This document shows, piece after piece, positions 24,101 to 36,600 of a stretch of 64,000 bases of DNA. The notes under the pieces are model-generated. The model was not told where the DNA came from, searched no databases, and saw nothing but the letters and a program-made list of their open reading frames with translations. The number at the start of each line of letters is the position of its first letter. The first letter of the stretch is position 1. The translations under genes were made by a program, and so were the position numbers. This DNA comes from Macrostomum hystrix (Eukaryota; Animalia; Platyhelminthes): NCBI GenBank assembly GCA_950097015.1, contig CATNEN010000024.1, positions 2,790,001-2,854,000 on the forward strand. The letters are read 5' to 3'.

Positions 24101-26772
24101 GGCGGCGCGGCAGCGTAGCACAGGCGGCCGGTAGCTGCGACTGGCGATTGCCTGAAGTGCCTTCATTGGCGGCATGCTGAACATTGGCGGCTCCAACTCG
24201 GCCAGCTCAATGGCCGTGATGCCCACTGACCAGACATCGCAGAGTTCATTGTAGCCGCCCGTGCGCCTGACGTCAGCCACCTGAGATCATTTTTAGTTCT
24301 TCAAGTGAGTCAATTTCGGTCATAAGTGACTGTGGTTGAGGAGTGACTGTGGATGAGGAGTGACTGTGGATGAGGAGTGACTGTGGATGAGGAGTGACTA
24401 TGGGTGAGGAGTGACTGGGTGAGGAGTGACTGTGGATGAGGAGTGACTGTGGGTGAGGAGTGACTGTGGGTGAGGAGTGACTGTGGATGAGGAGTGACTG
24501 TGGGTGAGCAGTGACTGTTGGTGAGGAGTGACTGTGGGTGAGGAGTGACTGTGGGTGAGCAGTGACTGTGGATGAGGAGTTACTGTGGGTGAGGAGTGAC
24601 TGTGGGTGAGCAGTGACTGTGGATGAGGAGTTACTGTGGGTGAGGAGTGACTGTGGGTGAGCAGTGACTGTGGATGAGGAGTTACTGTGGGTGAGGAGTG
24701 ACTGTGGGTGAGCAGTGACTGTGGATGAGGAGTTACTGTGGGTGAGGAGTGACTGTGGGTGAGCAGTGACTGTGGATGAGGAGTTACTGTGGGTGAGGAG
24801 TGACTGTGGGTGAGGAGTGACTGTGGATGAGGAGTGACTGTGGGTGAGGAGTGACTGTGGATGAGGAGTGACTGTGGATGAGGAGTGACTGTGGGTGAGG
24901 AGTGACTGTGGGTGAGGAGTGACTGTGGGTGAGCAGTGACTGTTGGTGAGGAGTGACTGTGGGTGAGGAGTGACTGTGGGTGAGCAGTGACTGTGGATGA
25001 GGAGTTACTGTGGGTGACTATCGGTGAAGTGAGATTACGGCAAGCTGGTCTCACCTCAGGCGCCATCCAGTAGGGTGTGCCAATGAAGGACATCCGCTTG
25101 CCAATTGTAGCTGTTATCTGGGCAGCGATGCCAAAGTCGGCCAGTTTGACAGCGCCATCCACAGTGAGCAATATATTGGCGCCTTTGATGTCCCGATGCA
25201 GTCGCTGCATGCTGTGCATATGAGCCAGGCCGCGCAGGGCCTCTCGAGACACAAACGCAATGACGGCCTCCTTTAGGGCGGTCTGGGTGACATTGTAGAT
25301 GTCCTGCAGAGACTTGCCACCACAGTACTCCATGGCCATCCATAGGCAGAGCTGGCGAGGAGTTCGGATTTCGCTGAGAAACAGCAGTGAGAAATATAAT
25401 AATAATTTTATTAAATATAACTGATTACATCTGTCCCAATCGGGCCACATGTGCAGCCGACAGCACAGCCGTAGCTATTGCGCAGCCCATCTGAAGACTG
25501 TGTACAGCTGTTCAGTCCATGGACTGGGGGGGACGCCACACCCACCTTCAATTATCCCAGCTCATGCTGGTACCCATTTAACAGCTGGGTGAACTGAAGC
25601 AATGCAGAGTTAGAGTGCTAAAGGACACAAATTGTTTCAGTGGAGTCGGGAATCAAGCCACAGACCTTCAAGTCGTGAGTCTGATGCCCTAACCACTAGG
25701 CTACAACCTCTCACTTTATTAGTGAGAAATAATATATCACTTATCCCTATTGGAACCAATAAGGATCAATAGCTAAGAAAAGCAGTTTAGCTTATATACA
25801 AAAAAAACTTACGTAAGAAATGCACCATAGAACTTGACAATATTAGCATGCTGACAATCTCTGAGTGCATATAGCTCAGACAGGATATTCTTTAGATCGT
25901 CTTTTGGCTCAATCTTAACACATTTTAGTGCAACAAAGCCACCTGTAGTGCGATGTTGAACCTATGTAGAGGAAAAATATATGTACATGCAAATATAAAA
26001 AAGTTTAAAATTACATATTTTTATGATAATAAGACACAAGAAAGTGTATTCGCCTAGCCTCAGTAAAAAAGTAGACTTATTTTTTAAGTAATTAGCAAGC
26101 AGCAAATTAGCAAATTTAAATAGCTTTTAGCTTCTAAAATATTATATAGACTATAATATAATACAAGAAAAATTATACATTAGGAGATAAAAAACATTTT
26201 TATAATAATTTTATTCATGACTATATAGACAGACAAGAAAGTTTAAGTTCACTAGGATTAGCAATATCATAGCAAATGTTATTTATTTGTCTACTTATTA
26301 ATTTAGTTCTACTGTACAGATTTTATATATTTTTCCTTGTCTTTTCAAAACATAAAACCACATTCAAATTGTCAGGTTAATTTTAAATTGATGTATTTTT
26401 TAGTCTAACCTCATATTCCAAATAATAACCCAGGGAATAAATTATAAGCATAAATCTATATGCAAGCAGCTGTATAGTGCGTCACAGTATCGATAAAGTT
26501 ATTATGACTTTTCTTATGCTTAATTGTTATGCTTGGCAAAAGGACAAAACTATAATTTAAAGATTTAAATTAAAAATTTAAAAGATATTTTAAAACACAT
26601 CTATTTAACTTACCTTGTAAACATGACCGTACGTGCCACTCCCTATTTCTTTGACATTTCGATAGTGTTCCCATGGATCGTAACCTTTAATAACACTAAG
26701 CAGCTCGGGGTGTGCGTTGAAGATAGAATTTCTCGATAAATTGTGTTGTCTGTTATTAGGATGAGGCTGCAT
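21102..26772 (-). CDS. MAP4K3: GCK-I family Ste20 kinase (MAP4K3/MAP4K5/happyhour-like) with a C-terminal CNH domain
   Basis: Eight phase-consistent exons: 26772-26614, 25961-25813, 25373-25055, 24280-24048, 23949-23605, 23529-23481, 23200-22136, 21284-21102. Kinase motifs [91 protein letters not shown] proline-rich linker leads to the CNH domain (PPRMGAG...[22 protein letters not shown]-terminal EIVQEVSD...YRFIG...VLERRP...[10 protein letters not shown]). The exact paralog (MAP4K3 vs MAP4K5) cannot be resolved. Confidence 0.93.
21430..21585. repeat. Degenerate minisatellite, about 19 bp unit (GGGATTTTGATCGCTTTT), in the last MAP4K intron
   Basis: About 8 diverged units. Confidence 0.8.
21715..22035 (-). 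mobile_element. tRNA-derived SINE family A copy in the last MAP4K intron
   Basis: Minus-strand head GAGTGGCGGAGCGGTCCAACGCGTCTGCCTCTCGCACCGAGGTCCCTGAGCTCGATTCCGCGGCGAGGCC with A-box-like and B-box-like (GAGCTCGATTCC) motifs. Body homologous to the 16.3 kb copy. Confidence 0.88.
24330..25020. repeat. Minisatellite, 17 bp unit (GAGGAGTGACTGTGGGT), filling MAP4K intron 3
   Basis: About 40 units between the donor (25054) and acceptor (24281). Confidence 0.95.
25410..25695 (-). mobile_element. tRNA-derived CORE-like SINE family B, full-length copy in MAP4K intron 2
   Basis: Minus strand: TGTAGCCTAGTGGTTAGGGCATCAGACTCACGACTTGAAGGTCTGTGGCTTGATTCCCGACTCCA (tRNA-like head), then ...GCATTGCTTCAGTTCACCCAGCTGTTAAATGGGTACC (CORE-like), the palindrome AGTCCATGGACT and an AT-rich tail. 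Homologous to 56895-57205. Confidence 0.88.
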
Positions 26773-28344
26773 AGCTACGATTGACACTTTAAACGCAACT
26801 CAATTGTAATAAAGGAAATGTGCAAAATCGAGAACTTTCGAAAATTTAATCTAATTCCTTGCACTTCATCAGGAGTTCATCGGGTCTGTACAGTAGTTAG
26901 GTGAATTAAGGAACGGAAGGTACGATGTTTAAAAGCTTCTTGCTTTACAGGAAATTCTGTAGTTTTCGTGCCTCGTAATTGAAATATCGTGTGCGTTGAC
27001 AAGTTTTGTCCCAACAATTATGAAGTAAAGAAGAAAAAGTCCTATAATATATACAAGCGAAGAGCACTCAAACTAATTTTCAAAGTGAATTAAAAGTTTA
27101 GTAAGCATAATAATGAGGGACACATTATTATATTTGTTCTTTTAACTGTTGTGTTCAGCGGGGACGTGAGGGTTAGATACATGTACAGTACTTATTGCGG
27201 TACTTATTATTGTCGTCATCGTGCTGATAAATGTTCGTATTTAGAAATTAAAGGGCTGTGGAATAGCCATAATACAGGTGAAGAAATCCTTTTCTATAGG
27301 TTTTTTGCAATTTCCAACTGGATTATTTGTGCCCATGCTGATGTACTCTCGTATTTTCCTGGATTTCTACCGACTGATGCTGCCTTTTATACAGAAATGG
27401 CCCATCTGTATAGTATATCCCTGAAATTTATAGTTTCACTAGCAAGATATTACTGTAAAACAGATTAAATCCAATCAAAGAATCGTTTTTTACTAATTAG
27501 CATTATAAATCTTTTGGCAGAAGAGAACCATGCGGGAAGCTAATTAGTGCAGGCTTCCATATTTCAGTCAAAGTTATTATGTTTTCGAATGTAATCAAAA
27601 AGCTTAATGGTTTAGGGTGCTTCTATGTGCTCCATGCAGTCTAGCAAGGACTAATACACTAATATAACGAAGTTTTCCTAGTGCGTTCTTGGCCTCTAGA
27701 TAAAAAATTCTATTTTGCGCAGTTCAAAGCCAAGCGTGTGAATGGATGCGCTACTATACTTTAAAGAAATACGAGTAATTACATATACGAATTACGAAGA
27801 CGGTGCTCTAGCTCTGTTGGCTTGTTTTGTAGATTTGTTTTGAAAATTCAGCTTGCTTTATTTGATTGTTAATCAAAGTTAGGATTCAATTTATTCTCAT
27901 TCGCATCTTTAGATCGCCTCGATGTGATAAAAAACATAATTTCACTAAAAAGATAACGACTCTGAATCTCCTGAGAAATGAATCTGGCGTTAATCAGGAA
28001 ACGCAATCAAACATCTAGCCAGAGCCTGAGATCCTGATCACAGCTCGCCCCATCGTGAGTTCGCAAGTTATTTTAATTGAGAGGAATTGAATTGTCATAG
28101 GCGATTTTTTCGTTTGGATTTTTCATTTCTGCACACGACTCAGGCCCTCATGCGTGAACACCAGTTGATTAGATGCGGCACGACATAGGCTCTGCGAATT
28201 GAAAGTATTTACTGATCAATTTTATTGTCCGGGTTTTGCTTTTTCAAAAAGCTCTTAACTGCAATTGTTTCCGCATTTAATCTAAAACGCGCATTATCAT
28301 TCAATAGACCTCCTTTATTACTAATGTGTCAACATCTAACCTCC

Positions 28345-29030
28345 TTCCCACCTCCCTCACGAGTCTCCCCACCCTCCACCCCACTTTCCCACGTGTCTTC
28401 CCACCCTCCATCCCACCTCACTCTCGTGTCTCCCCACCCTCCATCCCACGTGTCTTCCCACCCTCCATCCCACCTCACTCTCGTGTCTCCTCACCCTCCA
28501 TCCCACCCCACTCTCGTGTCTCCCCACCCTCCATCCCACCTCACTCTCGTGTCTCCCCACCCTCCATCCCACCTCACTCTCGTGTCTCCTCACCCTCCAT
28601 CCCACGTGTCTCCCCACCATCCATCCCACCTCACTCTCGTGTCTCCCCACCCTCCATCCCACCTCACTCTCGTGTCTCCTCACCCTCCATCCCACCTCAC
28701 TCTCGTGTCTCCTCACCCTCCATCCCACGTGTCTCCCCACCATCCATCCCACCTCACTCTCGTGTCTCCTCACCCTCCATCCCACCCACTCTCGTGTCTC
28801 CCCACCCTCCATCCAACCTCACTCTCGTGTCTCCCCACCCTCCATCCCACGTGTCTCCCCACCATCCATCCCACCTCACTCTCGTGTCTCCCCACCCTCC
28901 ATCCCACCCCACTCTCGTGTCTCCCCACCCTCCATCCCACCCCACTCTCGTGTCTCCCCACCATCCCACCTCACTCACGTGTCTCCCCACCCTCCATCCC
29001 ACGTGTCTTCCCACCCTCCATCCCACCTCC
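28345..29030. repeat. Pyrimidine-rich minisatellite, 33-bp unit (CCCTCCATCCCACCTCACTCTCGTGTCTCCCCA) with shorter variants
   Basis: About 22 units. They explain ORFs 28225-29055. Confidence 0.95.
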
Positions 29031-29949
29031 ATCTATCTGTAAACTCAAGCTCTGATTCACAGAATCGCAGCACCAAATCCTTGTTCCAATAGACAACTGC
29101 TGTCCATCTGGCCAGTCAAAATGTTCTCCAGCTCCCATGGTACTTGAATGAGAGCAAACAGCTGCACACAGAACATATTTTATATGCAAAAGTCTAATCA
29201 TTGTAGACAATGCTCCCGCTACTTTCTATGCCACTAACAAAATCGATCCGCCTGTAAAAAAGCCATCGCCTTAGCTAATCCGCAACAATGTCGGTTGCTA
29301 AGTGCTCACCGGGGGTGGTGGCAGATTGATGAAAATCTCTCCTCGTTTGTTGGGTCGCCTTTGCAATCTCACCTCCATCCTTAGCAACATGCGGCAAATC
29401 AATCAGGTGCGTAAATGTCCGCGCGGGTCCTCAGCACCCATGCAGCTACCTGTAATACCAGCTAGGCCTACAATACTCCGTTGGATGAGAGCTTGCAAAA
29501 GTTTTCTCAACGTTTCTCCTCTGATTGAAGGCTGCAACGGATGGTAAATTGGGAAATTTTCGCACACCCACATAGGTATTACACTAACAATGCCAATGTA
29601 AATATGAACAATTGCAAACGACTGGTCGGTGTCTAATAACAGGCCGATTCTCTCACCCGACTGTGCAAACTATTTCTTTCGCCTCGCGCATTTTGTTGAC
29701 GCGAACCAACGACGCTAACATTTGCCTAGTTGCCGAGGCATTAACGGATAGTTGCCAGTTGATGATGAGATTTGAAGGCATTGGTTAAACAGAGTTAAGC
29801 AAACTGATAATCTACAGCACACAGGTAATATAATCAGGAAGGCAGCTTCTATCAGTTAATGGAATAAAGAACAAATACTGGACAGAATTAAAACTGCATC
29901 TCAGATGATGCTGGCTCATGACTGGGAGTAAGCAAGTAAGCATGGTGAG

Positions 29950-30305
29950 ATGGACTAGCAATCCATTCTATTTCGTCACCTATAGCATAGATTAGCAATC
30001 CATTCTGTTCATTCACCCGTGGGATAGATTAGCAATCCATTCTATTCCTTCACCTATGGCATAGATTAGCAATCCATTCTATTCCTTCACCTATGGCATA
30101 GATTAGCAATCCATTCTATTCCTTCACCTATGGCATAGATTAGCAATCCATTCTATTCCTTCACCTATGGCATAGATTAGCAATCCATTCTATTCCTTCA
30201 CCTATGGCATAGATTAGCAATCCATTCTATTCCTTCACCTATGGCATAGATTAGCAATCCATTCTATTCCTTCCCTCTGGCATAGATTAGCAATCCATTC
30301 TATTG
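29950..30305. repeat. Minisatellite, 37 bp unit (TAGATTAGCAATCCATTCTATTCCTTCACCTATGGCA)
   Basis: About 9 units. Confidence 0.95.
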
Positions 30306-30643
30306 TTTCCCCCATGGTTGATGGGATGATTGAATATTTCCCACCATATTCAATTGTGTTAATGGATGTCTATTTATTCCTAAACGAGTTAGTTAGGAAA
30401 GCAAGTTGTACAATAAATAATCAGGATAAGTGCACAGAGCTACTATTCTCGATCAAATATGTATTTTCAAGGATGTTAAAAATGGCTCAGCTAGCTGTAG
30501 TCTGGCCTGTTTAGTTTGATTACGCAGCAACAAAATGAGTTCGCTTAGTCGCTATAGATTTCGCCCAAATCCACCTGTAAACTAGCTCTCAGCTTTTCTT
30601 TGGGAATTAGAATTCTTCCCAGTAGCCAACGCTTCATCAGGCT

Positions 30644-33600
30644 TCAATTGGCAGCCTCCGAGCCGAGGAAACCGCTCTGCACAATGCGGCCGAACAGGGC
30701 GTAGGCCTCGCGATAGGCTTCCTCGGGCATGCCGTCCATGATGAGGTCCAGGATGCGGCCGTCTCGGGCGTATTCCATGGTGCGGACGAGGTTGCGCTGC
30801 TGCTCAGGGCTCAGGCCGACGGCTTTCACGTAGTCGCGAACGTTGCGCTGCTCTGCACAGGTTAATAACGGGGAAATGGGGGCTATTGTGCGGTGAGTCA
30901 TCACGGGGAAATGGGGGCTATTGTGCGGTGAGTCATCAGGGGAAATGGGAGCTATTATGCGGTGAGTCATCAGGGAAATGGGGACTATTGTGCGGTGAGT
31001 CATCAGGGGAAATAGGGGCTATTGTGCGGTGAGTCATCAGGGGAAATGGGGGCTATTGTGCGGTGAGTCATCAGGGGAAATGGGAGCTATTATGCGGTGA
31101 GTCATCAGGGGAAATTGGGGCTATTGTGCGGTGAGTCATCAGGGGAAATGGGGGCTATTGTGCGGTGAGTCATCAGGGGAAATGGGGGCTATTGTGCGGT
31201 GAGTCATCAGGGGAAATGGGGGCTATTGTGCGTTGAGTCATTAGGTAAGGGTGGCTACTACTGCACAGTGAGTCATCAGGGAAGTGTGGCTGCTACTGCA
31301 CAGTGAGTCATCAGGGAAGGGTGGCTCCTACTGCACAGTGAGTCATCATGGAAGGGTGGCTGCTACTGCACAGTGAGTCATCAGGGAAGTGTGGCTGCTA
31401 CTGCACAGTGAGTCATCAGGGAAGGGTGGCTGCTACTGCACAGTGAGTCATCAGGGAAGGGTGGCTCCTACTGCACAGTGAGTCATCATGGAAGGGTGGC
31501 TGCTACTGCACAGTGAGTCATCAGGGAAGGGTGGCTACTACTGCACAGTGAGTCATCAGGGAAGGGTGGCTACTACTGCACAGTGAGTCATCAGGGAAGT
31601 GTGGCTGCTACTGCACGGTGAGTCATCAGGGAAGGGTGGCTGCTACTGCACAGTGAGTCATCAGGGAAGTGTGTCTGCTACTGCACAGTGAGTCATCAGG
31701 GAAGTGTGGCTGCTACTGCACAGTGAGTCATCAGGGAAGGGTGGCTACTACTGCACAGTGAGTCATCAGGGAAGTGTGGCTGCTACTGCACAGTGAGTCA
31801 TCAGGGAAGTGTGGCTGCTACTGCACAGTGAGTCATCAGGGAAGGGTGGCTGCTACTGCACAGTGAGTCATCAGGGAAGTGTGGCTGCTATTGCACAGTG
31901 AGTCATCAGGGAAGTGTGGCTGCTACTGCACAGTGAGTCATCAGGGAAGTGTGGCTGCTACTGCACAGTGAGTCATCAGGGAAGTGTGGCTGCTACTGCA
32001 CAGTGAGTCATTAGGGAAGTGTGGCTACTACTGCACGGTGAGTCATCAGGGATGTGTGGCTGCTACTGCACAGTGAGTCATCAGGGAAGTGTGGCTGCCA
32101 CTGCACGGTGAGTCATCAGGGAAGGGTGGCTGCTACTGCACAGTGAGTCATCAGGGAAGTGTGGCTGCTACTGCACAGTGAGTCATCAGGGAAGTGTGGC
32201 TGCTACTGCACAGTGAGTCATTAGGGAAGTGTGGCTGCTACTGCACGGTGAGTCATCAGGGATGTGTGGCTGCTACTGCCCAGTGAGTCATCAGGGAAGT
32301 GTGGCTGCTACTGCACGGTGAGTCATCAGGGAAGGGTGGCTGCTACTGCACAGTGAGTCATCAGGGAAGTGTGGCTGCTACTGCACAGTGAGTCATCAGG
32401 GAAGTGTGGCTGCTACTGCACAGTGAGTCATTAGGGAAGTGTGGCTGCTACTGCACGGTGAGTCATCAGGGATGTGTGGCTGCTACTGCACAGTGAGTCA
32501 TCAGGGAAGTGTGGCTGCTACTGCACGGTGAGTCATCAGGGAAGGGTGGCTGCTACTGCACAGTGAGTCATCAGGGAAGTGTGGCTGCTACTGCACAGTG
32601 AGTCATCAGGGAAGGGTGGCTACTACTGCGCAGTGAGTCATCAGGGAAGGGTGGCTACTACTGCGCAGTGAGTCGTCAGGGAAGGGTGGCTGCTACTGCA
32701 CAGTGAGTCGTCAGGGAAGTGTGGCTGCTACTGCACAGTGAGTCATCAGGGAAGTGTGGCTACTACTGCACAGTGAGTCATCAGGGAAGGGTGGCTGCTA
32801 CTGCACAGTGAGTCATCAGGGAAGTGTGGCTGCTACTGCACAGTGAGTCATCAGGGAAGTGTGGCTACTACTGCACAGTGAGTCATCAGGGAAGTGTGGC
32901 TACTACTGCACAGTGAGTCATCAGGGAAGGGTGGCTGCTACTGCACAGTGAGTCATCAGGGAAGGGTGGCTGCTACTGCACAGTGAGTCATCAGGGAAGG
33001 GTGGCTGCTACTGCACAGTGAGTCATCAGGGAAGGGTGGCTGCTACTGCACAGTGAGTCATCAGGGAAGTGTGGCTACTACTGCACAGTGAGTCATCAGG
33101 GAAGGGTGGCTGCTACTGCACAGTGAGTCATCAGGGAAGTGTGGCTGCTACTGCACAGTGAGTCATCAGGGAAGGGTGGCTACTACTGCGCAGTGAGTCG
33201 TCAGGGAAGGGTGGCTGCTACTGCACAGTGAGTCGTCAGGGAAGTGTGGCTGCTACTGCACAGTGAGTCATCAGGGAAGGGTGGCTACTACTGCACAGTG
33301 AGTCGTCAGGGAAGGGTGGCTACTACTGCACAGTGAGTCGTCAGGGAAGTGTGGCTGCTACTGCACAGTGAGTCATCAGGGAAGTGTGGCTGCTACTGCA
33401 CAGTGAGTCATCAGGGAAGGGTGGCTGCTACTGCACAGTGAGTCATCAGGGAAGGGTGGCTACTACTGCGCAGTGAGTCGTCAGGGAAGGGTGGCTGCTA
33501 CTGCACAGTGAGTCGTCAGGGAAGGGTGGCTACTACTGCACAGTGAGTCATCAGGGAAGTGTGGCTGCTACTGCACAGTGAGTCGTCAGGGAGGGGTGGC

Positions 33601-36600
33601 TGCTACTGCACAGTGAGTCGTCAGGGAAGGGTGGCTACTACTGCACAGTGAGTCATCAGGGAAGTGTGGCTGCTACTGCACAGTGAGTCGTCAGGGAAGG
33701 GTGGCTGCTACTGCACAGTGAGTCGTCAGGGAAGTGTTGCCTAAGTTTGCTAATGTGTCCGTATTTGATTTTATCTTTTTTCGGAACTTGAGAACTTGTT
33801 AGAAGTTGATTCAATGTGACCTGTCACGCAATTAACTACAGTTTATTCTAGGTAAGTCAAGCAAGACGAAATGCTCTGTTAAAGAGACTTAGTTAGGTAA
33901 AAAGCAAAGCACTATTTTTTAATACGTAGAGTTAATCCCCTAACAGCTGCCAGATGGGTCAGAGCACTCGAAGTTTGTATTTACTCGTATCTCTAATCTT
34001 GTCTCTTATTGGCAGCTAGCAACCTAATAGTTAAGTTTTACTTTGGGATGGAGTGCAATAGGTAGCAACAAAATGCGAGAGGAGAAGGAAAATCATCCCA
34101 AGCTTACGTGCAAGCGTAAGTATTTTTTCCCTGATGCAAACAACACGTCATCCCTCCTTTCCTCTCCATGTTAACTTTTTTGTGTCCTGTCTGATAGGAC
34201 TCAGGTTTTGAAGTCTCCAGCAATCAGTACCGGCAAGAAATATATTCCAAAGAATAGAACCTTTTCGATTCGGATCGGACGAAATTTGATTAGACCAGAC
34301 AGCATGCGGGCAGAGATATGCAACACAGGCATTCAGTATTATTGTAATTCCATATCATTTGCGTAATGATTTCCAGGAAATCACATTGATTTGCATGCTC
34401 AATATTGTACAGCTTTCACATTTTATTTTGTTTCTACTAATTGAAGCTCCCGAGACTGACAGTGCGCTGCGAGACCAGTGCGAAGAAGAACTCAAAATAA
34501 AATTATTTTACACATTCATTGCCTTCCTACACGGATATACATAATGCTTGTTGCTATGCCGTTGCTATGGCCTAGTAAAGTACCTGATACTCACCAGTCA
34601 GCTGTTTAGCCAGATCATCCGGCGTGCCCTCGCCGAGGATGTTGGGAATGAGCCAGCTGTGGAAGCGTCCGATGAAGCTCTTCAGGATGACATTAGCTGG
34701 GCGGTCCTCTGGGGATTGAAGGTGGATGATGGGAACTAGTAGAAAAGATGAGATGACGCTCGCTAATAGCCATTTCTTGATCTGCGAGTGCCATTCCTTG
34801 TATTTTGAGTGCCATTTCCTTGCTTTCGAGTGCCAATTCTTGATCTAGGGGTGTCATTCCTTGCTTTCGAGTGCCAATTCTTGATCTAGGGGTGTCATGC
34901 CTTGCTTTCGAGTGCCAATTCTTGATCTAGGGGTGTCATTCCTTGCTTTAGGGGGCCAATTCTTGATCTAGGGGTGTCATTCCTTGCTTTAGGGGGCCAA
35001 TTCTTGATCTAAGGGTGTCATGTCTTGCTTTAGGGGGCCAATTCTTGATCTAGGGGTGTCATGTCTTGCTTTAGGGGGCCAATTCTTGATCTATGAGTGT
35101 CATTCCTTGCTTTATGGTGCCAATTCTCGATCTAGATCTAATTCCTTGATCTACGAGTGTCATTCCTTGATCTACGAGTGTCATTCCTTGATCTACGAGT
35201 GTCATTCCTTGATCTACGAGTGCCATTCTTTGATCTACGAGTGTCATTCCTTGATCTACGAGTGCCATTCTTTGATCTACGAGTGCCATTCTTTGATCCA
35301 CGAGTGCCATTATTTGATCTACGAGTGCCATTATTTGATCTACGAGTGCCATTCCTTGATCTACGAGTGCCATTACATTATACACGAATGCCATTACTTG
35401 ACATACGAATGTCATTCCTTGTTATACGAATGTCGTTCCTTATCCTACGAGTGCCATTCCCTAGTCTACGAGTTATTGTTTTTTGAGTAGCAAATCTAGT
35501 TCTCAGAGTGCCTTTCCTAGTTCCACAGATGCCATTAATGTTTGATTGCTTTTCCTTGCAACCAAAAACAGCGTCAGGTAATTAGACTGAATTTGAACTT
35601 AACAGAATGCACTAATTGAAGCGACAAAGAGAAATAAGAACAACAAAAATTGAGCATTAGATTTCTTAATTATAGTAAGTTAAAAACTCAGATTTTGTCA
35701 GAAGGAACCCACCTGTCAACCATCAAGGAAACCATAAGAAGGGACCCCATTAACAGCGTAGCCACTCCAGGTGGTTAATGAAGTGGTTAATAAAAGTGCG
35801 AAATGTTAATCAATGGATGGGGTAGGGGGTGGGTTGAGTGGGAATTGTGTTGGACTAGGGTAGATTTCAGCGGACTCTCAGTCCCTATTCAATAACTCAG
35901 TGCCAATAAATTTTCTGCAACAAAAGGCCCAAAGAGAGACAGGAGTGTGACGAGAAGCAGTTGGGTCTCAGAGGAAGTGACCTGACTGAATTAACCTCGC
36001 ACTGATTCATTGAGCAATTATTTGTCATCGAATTCAGCCCCGACAGATTTCGAAGCAGCGAAGCAAAAATAATTGTGGCTGATAACACACGTGACTCAGG
36101 CAAAAATATAACACTGAAGGGTTGATTGTGACATATGAATCAATCGATACTAAATGTCGATGTTCAGAGGAAAATTGGGCGTTTCCGAGTTCTGCCTTTA
36201 TGAGAAACAGACAGATAGAGAGACAGGTAGAGATTATCAGGTAGAGAGACAGGTAGAGATTATCAGGTAGAGAGACAGGCAGAGAGACAGGTAGAGATTA
36301 TCAGCTAGAGAGACAGGTAGAGACAGACAGGTAGAGAGACAGGTAGAGACAGGTAGAGACAGACAGGTAGAGAGACAGACAGGCAGGTAGACAGACAGGT
36401 AGAGACAGACAGGTAGAGAGACAGGTAGAGACAGGTAGGCAGACAGACAGGTAGTCAGACAGACAGGTAGGCAGACAGACAGGTAGGCAGACAGACATGT
36501 AGGCAGACAGACATGTAGTCAGACAGGCAGGTAGGCAGACAGACAGGTAGGCAGACAGACAGGTAGGCAGACAGACAGGTAGTCAGACAGACAGGTAGGC

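Noticed and set aside
26835-26872. Minus-strand CTGATGA...CGAAA upstream of MAP4K, resembling a hammerhead core
   Set aside because: No stem II closes directly on the core, and I could not form stems I and III.
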